DNA of 62,000 nt from Octopus vulgaris (lineage: Eukaryota), in NCBI GenBank assembly GCA_951406725.2, contig OX597824.1, positions 32,260,001 to 32,322,000 on the forward strand. The letters are read 5' to 3'. The notes below the pieces were generated by a model that saw only the letters and a list, made by a program, of their open reading frames with translations, was not told the origin of the DNA and did not search any database. Shown here in pieces: positions 1-12,300 of this stretch; position 1 is the first letter of the stretch, and the number at the start of each line of letters is the position of its first letter. The position numbers and the translations under genes are program-made.

Positions 1-245
1 AAGGTGTGACATAGCAGGGCCGAATCTGAAACCATGTAGTTAGGAAGCAGGCTCCTTAACCTAACAGCCATGCAGGCACCTAATTGAAACAAAGACATTA
101 GGAATTTGACTCTTTAAGGAGGAAGGGAAAATCTCTTATGCTTTTTTTACCTTAGAAAACAGAAAAATTTGAAAAACAAAAATCCAATGAAAAAAATTAT
201 GGAGTTTTCAATTAAAAAATGTGATAATTAGCATTATAAACTTAC

Positions 246-382
246 TTTTTAATTGATTCAATTTTTAGATTTCCCCAGTTGATGAATGTTGCAATTTCTC
301 CTTCTTTTAAGGACTCAGCATCTTCTTTCTCAATAATAATATTAGGTCCATAACATACAAGCTTTGTTCCAACAGAATCATT
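246..382 (-). CDS. EPRS1: EPRS exon 15 (137 nt, [12 protein letters not shown]...[20 protein letters not shown])
   Basis: Conserved TFINWGN motif; tag acceptor, gtaagt donor. Confidence 0.96.
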
Positions 383-3300
383 CTAAAACATAGAAAAGTA
401 ACAAATTCATATAAAATCCCTGTGAATACCATTGTCACTGCTAGCACCATATTCTATAATCGATGTAATTTATCATGATGATAATGATCATTTAATATCC
501 ACTTTCCATGCTGGCATGGGTTGGATGGTTTGATATGGAGCTAGCCACCTGCAATGTCCAGACCCTAATTGTCTGTTGTGACATGGTTTCTATGGCTGGA
601 TGCCCTTCCTAATGCCAACTATTTTACAGAGTGCATTTTATGTGCCAGTGGCATAGGTGCATTTACACAGCTCTGGCACATGAAGGGACAAGCATGTATG
701 TGTGGAAGACAGCAATATTTCTAAGCTTGACACAGCTTATCAAGTACAGCTAATTGCCACATCTCCCAGTCCCTTGTCATTTCCTCAGTGAGGTCCAAAG
801 TCCAATTATAAATGCTTTATATATGATGGACTTCTTTTAGTTTCTATTATACATGTATCTGAAAGAAGGAATGCACTGCTATAGGATTACCATATATTAT
901 GGAAATGAGGGTTGCAGTTAACAAAAAAAACTCATCTATTATCAGCTAAAGGATGGTTTTAATGAAAAAAAATGTTAAAAATGATCAAACCTTGGGATGC
1001 TTTGCTACTTCTTTTGATGAAGGGGTTGCATCTTTAACAGTAACAGAAACAGCTCCGTCTTTAGTCAGAGCAGTATATCTTGGGACAATTGGATCAATAA
1101 CCTGAAATGAATTATAATATACTTAGTATTACCAATACATAAATACATTAAAACTTTGGTTTTGTCAAGTATATGTGATTATTAAGCTCCTCCAACCGAC
1201 TAACTTTGATATAGATATACAACATAATTATATTTTTATAACCTGTTAGACAAAGTATACCGAGTTTTAGTTAGGTTTAGCACCATTCTTTACAGTCCTT
1301 GAAACACTGAACCAATGATGGATGTTTTACATAGTTGTTCAACCTTCTAGAACCCTGGTTCACAGCTGAGGTAAAATTATCAAAGTTGAGCAATTAGATA
1401 GAATTAACTGTGGTTATCATTGGAAAGACACTAAGCAACACTCTTAATCACATAAAAAAAAATAATAATAACTAGCTGATGATACTTTGCCAGTTTGGAA
1501 AAAGGAATGTAAGTGAATGGGTGGTTGTAAGCTAAAATAAATGATGCATTAGAATAATTCAGTCGCAGAGGTTAATATTTATAAAAGAAATTAAATATTC
1601 AATAATTTATCATAAATTGCTACTAAAATACTTTCCATTGCTCAAAGAAGTAGAATAACAAGAACTATTTTTTTTGGAATGAAAAATTACCTTTTTGTTG
1701 ATTGCCCATATTTTATCCCATTCCATCATGACTATTGATTTTGAAGAACCCTAGAAATAAGTGGAAAATAAATACAAATAAATAGAAAATAAATGAATAT
1801 TCATTTTGGTTGTTTAGGTTTTCCAACAATTTCTCAATTCTTTTTTTATTCTAATCAACAACAAAAAAAAAAATCTATGACTGTAATAAGTTTTCTGTCA
1901 AGGACCAGAGAGGAAATATAATCAATTAAAAAGTTTAAAAAAAAAAATATTATATATAGGTTGATTGAAAAGTAACTCCCTACAGTACCTCACTATGTTG
2001 CAAGATGAGATCTGGCCAGTTATCAGTGCTTGGAAGAATACTGATATTAAAGATTTGATTTTCATGCAAGATGGTGCCACTCTACATTTTGCTCTTGTTG
2101 TTTGTGAATGGCTGAATGTCCACTTTGCTGGGAGATGGATGGGTCATTATGGTCCACGTGAGTGGCCAGCCAGGAGTCCCAATTTAACACCCTGTGATTT
2201 CTTTCTTTTGGGGGTGGTTATAGGAACAAGTCTACTATGCCAAACCAAAGACTTTGGAAGAACTTGAAGGGAGAATACAAGAAGTTATGTCTTCCATCCC
2301 ACAAGAGTTCCTGGTGAAATCAGTTGATGTAATTCCTAGGCGACTCAAGATGCTGGTGGTGACATTAGGAGCCCATACTGAATTTTTAATAAAACCTCAT
2401 ATCAAAAGCTTTCCTCTCATATCCATTCTTCTGTAAAAATTACAATTAATAAATAATTTATAAGTATTTTAAAATAGGGAGTTACTTTTCAATCATTCTG
2501 CATATATAAGTTTGTCATCGTTTGAATTTTTTTGTTCTGTAAACTAGCCGAGTCAGAAATATTATAAAGAAAAAAAAAACCCCAAAAGTAATACAATTTC
2601 TCTGTTCATAAAACTGCATCTTCTGATGGATTCTTTTATTTGTTTCAGTCATTTGACTGTGGCCATGCTGGAGCACCGCCTTTATTCGAGCAAATCGACA
2701 TTCTTTATTTTTCACAATGATTAAACGTGAATTAACAAAGTAATGGTGAAGTTCTTAAGCAGATCAGGCCGAAAATGTCACTAGAAGCTAGGATCACCAA
2801 GCATAGATGGGCATATTTTGGTCATATTATGCGGAGAAAATCCCTGGAGAACGACATCATGCTCGGAATGGTCAGTGGCAAGAGAGGAAGAAGCCGACCA
2901 AGAACCCGCTGGCTTGACACCATCAAGAGTGATACTAGAATGGACACAGCCAATCTGAAAGAAGTGACCCAGGATAGAACTGACTGGAGGTCACTGATCC
3001 ATGGAGTAACCGAGAGTTGACTTCGACTGAGCAGATAGATAGATAAATAGCCTTTGTTTTAATATCAAGGATCAAGTTTTTTTTTACGATAGTATTTCTC
3101 TCCTCCCACTATCTCTCTCTTTCTGTTTATGTATTTCAGTATTTGTTATCTTCTATCTTTTACTTGTTTCAGTCATTAGACTGTGGTCATGCTGGGGCAC
3201 CGCCTAGAAGGATTTTAGTCAAACTAATTGATCCCAGGACTTATTCTATTGGTCTCTTTTGCATAACTGCTAAGTCATGGGAATGTAAACACAACACCGG

Positions 3301-6300
3301 TTGTCAAGAGGTGGGGGGGGGGGATACAAAGACACACACCATGGGCTTATTTCAGTTTTTGTTCATCAAATCCACTCAAGAATTTGGTCATCCTGAAGCT
3401 ATAATAGAAGACACTTGCCGAAGGTGCCTTGCAGTGGGACTGAACTAGGAACCACGTGGTTAGGAAGCAAGCTTCTTACCACACATCCAAAAATATAACA
3501 TTCATCATCATTTTACGTCTGTTGTCCATGCTGGCATGGGTTAGATGATTTGATCAGGGTTGGTAAGTTGGAAGGCTGCACCAGACTCTGGTCTAATTTG
3601 GCATGGTTTTCTATGGCTGAATGCCCTCAGAGTGTAATGGGTGCTTTTTTTACATGCCACTGGCATGGGTGCCATTTGCATGACACCAGTATCTGCCACA
3701 ACGTAATACCAAAGGTCTCGGTCATTGCCTCTTTGAGGCCTAACACTTGAAAGGAACTCAGCCACTTTGCCTCCATGAGGCCTAATGCTCGAAAGGAACT
3801 CAGCCACTTTGCCTCCATGAGGCCTAATGCTCGAAAGGAACTCAGCCACTTTTTGCAACAAAATGTTTAACAAATAAATACAGCAACCATGACGTTCTTT
3901 GTACAAGACTTACTACAAATAAAATTTTGCAATTTCTATTTAATCCAAGCACAACTTACTTGAGCGATTATAAACTGTTTTAAGCCTTCAATAGTCATTC
4001 CTCTTCTTAATATACCACGGACAGTAGGGAAACGAGGATCATCCCTAGAAAAAAAAGATTTATATTGTAGAAGTTTCTCAGACTTTATAAGGAATCTAAC
4101 TCAAGATGTTACTTTTACTAAAGTAGTTTGTGTCAGAGTAATGGGTCAAGTAGAATGAAAGTACAGGGTGGACCAAAATGATCTGACACATTTGGAGGTT
4201 TAATAAAAGCACAAAATAAGAAAAAATGAAAAGAAAAATTTTATTTTCTGAATTCACCATTCCAGAAGAAATGATCCATAGAGTTATCAATAACTTTCAT
4301 GAACGTCTCCAACTGATTTAAGTTTTAAAACTTAATGAAATAAAATGGCATTATATGTACATTCAGAAAATAAAATGTTTCTTTTCATTATTTTATTTTG
4401 TGCTTTTATTAAGCCTCCAAATGTGTCAGATCATCATCATTTTAAGTGTCTACTTTTCCATGCTTGCATGGACCAGACAGAGTTTATTGAGGCAGATTTT
4501 ATATGGTCGAATGCCTTTCCTATTGTCAACCCTCACGATATTTCCTCATGGTCAGGCATGTTTTTGCAGAGTATTGGAAATAAACGAGACTGTTTATATG
4601 AAAGACATTCATTTACAGCTATTGCATGATGTTAAGACAAGGAGACAAAAACACACACATATATGTAGAGATGTGGGTGAGTAAGTATACAACAAGCTTC
4701 TTTCAGTTTCTGTCAATCAAATCCACTCATAAAGCTTTGGTTGGCATGGAGCAACAGTAGAAAACACTTGTCCAAGGTGCCATGCACTGAGGCTGAATCT
4801 GAAACTAGATGGTTGGGAAGCAAACTTCTTAATCACACAGCCCCACCTATGCCAATCAATATCTATAAAGTTGAAATGCGAAAAAGTTGTTTGATTTCTT
4901 GGTTATTTGTCTCATTTTGGTATGGAAACGGTTTAAGGGGCGGTAGATGGGGTCGGATTGGTGCCAAAATTTACACTGGGGGGTAAAATGGGGTGGGCAA
5001 TGGTGTGAGGAAGGTTGCAAAGTTGCTCAGGGCTACTGTTTGGTTGCCATGGTGAGGAATATGGGAAAAATTGAGTTTTAAAGAAGATAAAGATGAAGAA
5101 AAAATTTGAAAAATAAGAAAAAGAAGAGGGCAATAAAAAGAACCAGGCAAAGAAGACGAACAAAAGAAGGAAGGGAAAAGGAGACAACACGCACAAAAGG
5201 AACACCACCACCAAAACCCGAGCGAGGCACGGGTCAAAATAGTTAGTCTGTAAGAAACAGCAGTCAAATCACAGACTACTGATTTAAAAAAAAAAAAAAA
5301 AAGGAACAGCATATTGGATACTATAGCCTGAAAACAGGATGAGGAAGGGCAAGATATTATAAATACTGAACTGATGATAAAGGTGAGGCAAAGACAGGGA
5401 AACAAACAATACTTACCAACCATCAACATGTTTTTCGTTCACAAACCAAGTGAGTTTTCGCTTGGACAAAACAGTGTTTTGTAGATTCAATCGGCTGTAC
5501 TCATAGAGATAAGGTTCACGTAAACCTAGAAGAAAAACATTTCAACTTTTTATCTCAAGCTAAAAAGAAATTTTGGAACATTTATAATTATAGTGTGTTA
5601 TTTTGTGTTAAAAACCTCTTCAATGGAAAAAGTCAAAGGCTGCCCATGCGACTTATCTTTTACTTTATTAGACTGCGTCCATGTTAGGGCACTGCCTTGA
5701 AGAATATTTAGCTGAACAAATCAACCCCAGTATTTATTTTTAAAAACTTGGTACTTATTCTAGCTGTCTTTTTTGCTGAACTGCTAAGTTATGGGGATGT
5801 AAACACACCAACACTGGTTGTCAAGCGCAGTGGTGGGAGACAAACAGACACAAAGATATATACGATAGGTTTCTTTCAGTTTCTGTCCCCCAAATCCACT
5901 CGCAAGGCTTTGGTCTGCCTGAAGCTACAGTAGAAGATACTTGGCCAAGATACCACGCAGTGGGACTGAACCTGGAACCATGTAGTTGAGAAGTAAGCTT
6001 CTTACCACAGAGCCATGCCTAAGTAAAACTTTCTAAGATTCTCCATTTTGAATTTAGCAAAAACATCAAAGAATCAAAGGTTTGGCTCAGGACTAAACTG
6101 AATCAAAAGAGGTTTACCCACAGGGAACATCTAAAAATGCTTTATCACAGATTGATTAATTTGTATTTTGAAACTGATTCAATACCTTAAGTTCTTCACT
6201 TATGATGTAACTATATTTTGGAGAAAATATGGAAAATGCTCTCTCTCTTTCATATGCACCTTGTACCTTGAGAATACATCCTCACCAACTCTCTCTCTTT

Positions 6301-9300
6301 TCCAGACGCAGAAACCATGTATTCACCTCTTCAACAAGACACTTGTTCCTATCCTGTTATCGTACTTTCACCTCCTCCAATGTTATGTTCCACTCAGTTG
6401 AGGAATCTTGTCTCGCAAGTACTTAGTGACATCATTTGTGCCAATGCCACATAAAAAAGCATCACCCAGTATACTCTATTAATGTGGCTGGTGTTAGGAA
6501 GTGTATCCAGCCATAGAAACCATGCCAAGGCAGATGCTGGAGCTTGATGCAGTCCTCTGGCCCTTGTTAAACTGTCCAACCCATGCCAGCATGGAATAAA
6601 GGAGATTAAATAATGATGATGATGAGGATGGTTAATCATGTTCTTAATGAATAAATTAAGAAAGAAATTGCAAAACATAGGATCAGAAAGAAGAACAGGA
6701 TAGATAATATTTGAAGTGTAAATCTACAGATTTATAACTTTTGTGAAAAGTATTGTGTTGTTATTTTTTAGAAAATATTATTTCTACAATGTAACTCCTA
6801 CCTGCATTATGCTTAATGTTAGAAAAAGTAATTAACACATTGGCTCCAATAACTAATACAAAAAAAAAAAAAAAAAAAGAAAAACCCTGAAAATTTAAAA
6901 CCATCAAACCCCTAATCATCATCATCCTTTAATGTTCATTTTCAATGCTGGAATGGGTTGGACGGTTTGACCATAGCTGGCAAGTGAGAGAGCTGCACCA
7001 GTTTGATATGGCTGGGTGCCCTTGCTAATGCCAACCACTTTACAGTGTGTGCTGGGTACTTTTAATGTGGCACCAGCACAGGACTCTTGCAGGCCAATCC
7101 TCTTCATTAGGGGATGTGGCCTTAACACTTCTGCTGAGGAGGACGGATCTTCTTGAGTACAGCAAAGCATCAGGTATACCAGTCCTTTGTCATCTCATCC
7201 AAAAGGTTCAGCATTCAGAGATCATCCTAAGAATATATTAACTCTGATGTACACTGAATTATTGGGAAATCTTACCAAGTTTATTTAACTTATTGGTTAA
7301 ACAGTCAGTCTTTTGCTTTGTTTTTCAGCTGCCTAAAAATCAAGATAACCATGTGACAGCCCCACTTCATTAAAGCGGTGGTGGACTAAGAAAGATGTCA
7401 CTGAAAAGGTTGTCAATGGCAACGAAAGGAAAAATAAAGACAAATAAATAACTGACTGTTTAGCACCAAGTTAAACAATTGATCGATTAGTTAGTTGTAT
7501 CTTACCAAGCTTTTTCAGAATCCAGAAATACTGCTCATCTCTGTCGTGATATTCAGTTGTACGAAGAGCATGGGTCACACCCTCTATACTGTCCACAATA
7601 GGACAAGCAAAGTCATAAGTTGGGTACACTCTGAAAATATAATGGATAAATGATTGAAAGAAGAAATCTATCTTTAGATTTACTAAACAGAATCAGCAAT
7701 GCAATGAATAAAAAAGAAGTACATAAAATAAAAATATTGATAGAAATATACTTAATAAGCACAAGGTGAGGTACATGACCTAGCGGTTAAACAGTGGCAC
7801 TCGTGATCATGGTTTCAATTCCCTGACCAGGCAGTGTGTTCTGGGTCTTGAGTCAAACACTTCACTTTTATGTTGCTGCTGTCCACTCAGTTATGAATAA
7901 GTAACCCTGTAATAGACTGGCATCCTGTTGAAGGGAAATATGATCTCAGCAACCTATACACCATGGAAACTGGGTAAGTGACTCTGAGTCCTAGGGCTTC
8001 AAATAGTAATGTTTAATGAGCACACTAGTCCAAGTAGGAAGGCCAATGACTGTCTGGTTATACTTTGCTGTTAGGGAGATAAAGGTACATGGCTCAGTGG
8101 TTAGAGCATTGGGCTTATAATCACAAAATTATGAGTTCGATTCCTGGACCAGGCTACGTGTTAGGTTCTTGAGCAAGACACTTTATTTTTCATGTTATTC
8201 CAGTTCACTAAGCTGTAGAAATGAGTTGTGACATCACTGGTGCCAAGCAGTATCAGCCTTTGCCTTTCCCTTAGATAACATTGGTGACGTGGCGAGGAGA
8301 GGCTAGTGTGCATGGGTGACTGCTGGTCTTCCATAAACAACCTTGTCCAGACTTGTACCTCGGAAGGTGTCTTTGTAAGTGCAATCCCATGGTCATTTAT
8401 GACAGAAGAGGGTCTTTTAGGGAGATTAATGTGAAATTTTTATAGGTTTGCAGTAGGACAGAAGATATGAAGAGAAAGGAAGTTGCAGAGGTATTCAGTT
8501 ATGAGCAAGAAAACGTTAACTGGTTGGTATGAAGCCTTTGAGATGAAAGGGAATGGGAAGAAACATGTGTAACAACTGAGTTTAAGAAGAAATAACAGAA
8601 TTTCCACACAGCTAAGTGCAGGTATTGGCTGAAAAAGTTTGCTTCCCAACCATGTGATTTCAAGTTCAGTCCCACTGCATGACTTCTTGGGCAAGTGTCT
8701 TCTACGGCCAGGAGTTGACCAATGCCTTGTGAGTAGATTCAGTAGACAAGAAATGAAAGGAGATTGTTGTGTGTGTGTGTGTGCATGAATGCACCTGTGT
8801 GAGTACACGTGTCTAAACATTACATGATAGTTGTAAATGAGCATCACTGTCATACAAGCGAGGTTGTTTGGTTCCAGTCTTTTGTGAAAAAAAAAAAAAT
8901 CTTGCCATAGGGAAATATCATTATGTTTGAAAAAAAGAGGGGAAGTTGATGACAGGAAGGGCATCTGACCATAGAAAATCTACCTCAACAAATTTTGTCT
9001 GCCCCAGGTAAGCATAGAAAAGTGGACATTAGAATGATGATAAAATAATAATCCTTTCTACTAAAGGCATAAAGGCCTGAAATTTTTAGGAGGGGTATGC
9101 TGATTTCATCAACCCCAGTGTTTCGCTGGTACTTAATTTACCAACCCATAAAAGATGAAAAGCAAAGACGACCCAGGTGAAATATGAACTCAGAATGTGA
9201 AGATGGAAGAAAAACTGCTAAGCATTTTGCCTGGTGTGGTAACAATTCTGCCAGCTTGCAGCTTTATGATGAAATAATAATCATCATCATTTAATGTCCA

Positions 9301-12300
9301 TTTCCATCTGGTATGGGTTGTATGGCTTGACAGGAGCTGGTAAAGCCAGAAGCTGCATCAGGCTCCACTGTCTACTTTGGCATGGTTTCTACAATTAGAT
9401 GTGCTTCCAAGGTGACATCTCAGAGTGGTGAGAATAAGTGGGGCAAATGATAGAGTAAAATGATGGAGTGAAATATAGGTAGGTATGTGGGTATTAAGGG
9501 TAATAGTAGTTAAGCAAGGTGTTAATGATAGAGGACATTATAGGGGAGAGAAGACATAGAAAGGAGGTGATTGGTGGGAATGGGAAATGGTTTAGGGTGG
9601 TGAAAGAGATAACTGAAGAAGCAGGTGGATGTAATATGCACCTATTCTGTTCTCAAGTGATGGGTGTTAGGGGATAAAAGGTGAGGGGAAAATGGTTGAC
9701 GAGGGAGAGCCCTAATAAGTATTGGCAGACATTTCACTAGTGAGCTTGTAAACTGATCAAGAAATTAGACTATTGGAAAGTGTATTTCTTGATACACTAC
9801 GCCAGAAAAACTAAATGATTATACTCTGATCATAGTTCTGCCCTGTCAGGGTTATCTTGGAGTTAAATGATAAATAGTAGAAGTAATGTATGATGTAGAC
9901 TATTTATTGTTATAAACCCAAACTTGAATATCAAAGTTTTAAAAGGTTTCACGTACAGTCTCTCCAGAGTTTGAATTGCTTCTGAGTAATTCTCACATTC
10001 ACTTATGAGTTCGTAAACATCTTTATCTATGTGTGCTATTAAACACCTAAGTTTGCTTTCATCCGTTGTTAGGTGGTTCAGCAGGAAATGATTCTAAAAA
10101 ATTTTTTAAAGTTCTGAACCAATATTTCCATTCTTTCAAAGCTTGACTTGAACTTGGATCAGCAGTGAACAAACTTGGATCAGCAGTGAACAAATTTGGT
10201 TTTATAAATTTGCTGTCCATTCTCTCTCTCTCTAGCTATAATTTAGTTGATTAAATTGTCATAAACCCAAACTCGAATATCAAAGTTTTAAAAGGTTTCA
10301 CGTACAAGAAAAATATACTTTTAATAATTGTCTTACTTGTATTTGTCACCTGTTCTGATGTGAATCTCTGGTTTACAACGGTAAAGTGTTGGATCACGCA
10401 TACAACCGTTAGCAGAATTCATGTCAATCTTAGCACGAACACAACATTTTGTTCCAAATTCTGTACCTGATTTCATTTCTTCCCACATTTTCAAGTTTTC
10501 AGCTGTGCCTGGTTAGTATAAAATAAACAGAAAATTAAGGATTCTCATTATAATCTCTTGACCTGCTAGAAATAGAAGCCAAAGCCCTTCAAATTACACC
10601 TAGCTTTTTACAAAAGACAGACACATTGAATAATGTAGTCTACTGTTTAGAAAAAAAAAAAGAATAGTTATGGTTGGAATACCTTCAATATAGAGCTGCT
10701 CAATCAGGTTTCATACAAAACTAAACAACAAATTTTTGTGTTGATAAAGTATATTTGTCCAGTTGACTATGATTAATGATCAATCAAAGCCTAGCTTGCA
10801 TTCCAGTAGTAAGTAATAAACCACTGGTCTGCCCCCATGTGAGCTTTTCTACAGCTACAGTGTTGCTGCACCAATAAATCCAAGCACAGTCAGAGCATTG
10901 CACAATGAAGGCCCAATTTAGTGTTTATCTCATTTGTTAAAGTCTAATATTTTGAAATTTGATCTCCACTTCTTACAACAGACATCGTACATGGCTGCTT
11001 GACCTGCCAGAAACAACAACCAAATCTCTCTCAAACTATAACCAACCATCTTAACCTTTAGCATTCAGATTTCTCAGTCAAATGTAATACTTATTTATTC
11101 ACATTGTTTTGAATTAACCAGGAATTATTTTGTAGCTTTGAGATTTTGATGAGGTAATTCTTAATTTTTAGAAAGAAATTGTAGGGTTGGTGTGAGAGGC
11201 CAGATCTGGCCAGTTTGGACATAAAACAGGTAGAATATTTTGGTTGGATACGGCCAGTTTAAATTTCCTGACCACATTAGTTAATGTGGTCAAAGGTGCA
11301 CTATGTTTGATGAGCTGATCGAAGGTGGCAAGCTGGCAGAAACGTTAGCACGCCGGGCGAAATGCTTTGAGGTATTTCGTCTGCCGCTACGTTCCGAGTT
11401 CAAATTCCGCCGAGGTCGACTTTGCCTTTCATCCTTTCGGGGTCGATAAATTAAGTACCAGTTACGCACTGGGGTCAATGTAATCGACTTAATACCTATG
11501 TCTGTCCTTGTTTGTCCCCTCTGTGTTTAGCCCCTTGTGGGTAATAAAGAAATAGGTATTTTGTCTGTCGCTACGTTCTGAGTTCAAATTCCGTCGAGGT
11601 CGACTTTGCCTTTCATCCTTTCGGGGTCGATTAAACAAGTACCAGTTACGCACTGGGGTTGATATAATCGACTTGATTCGCTTGTTTGTCCTTTTTTTGT
11701 TTAGCCCCTTGTGGGTAGTAAAAAAATAGGTTAAAATGTTGTTGATTACAGTTCTGTTCAATCAGAGCCAATTTAGGATTAAGCAACAATAGTATTTTAA
11801 TTGCTATGTTGCAAAGCATCAGAACAAACAGCATAGCAATACCATGGATCAAGGCATGAAAAGGACAGAAGTCATGTAATGCAAGTGAATTTACTAACAC
11901 AAACTATAGAAGGTCAGTCAACACGCTACAGAGAACTACATATACTTGGCATTACACACAACAAGCAAACTCCTTCAGGAACTTACTTTGATTTCTTCGT
12001 GCTGATTCTTTCTTTTCTTCTCTTTCTTGTTTCATAACGTCAGGATTGGTATCGTCAACATAGGCATGACCTTCTTTGATTAGTTTCAAACAAAGATCAA
12101 GCAGGACATCAAAATGGTCAGATGTATAGCTTAGAACATCATACTTAATGCCAAGTAGTTCGACATCTTTGAGAATTACCTGTTTAAAATATTGTATCAA
12201 TAAACATGTAAGATATTGTTTTCAATGTTTAACAAATTATATATAAAGGCTTTTTTTTCTTTTTTTGCATGCGCCCTCAAAAAGTCTGGCTTGGTGTCCA

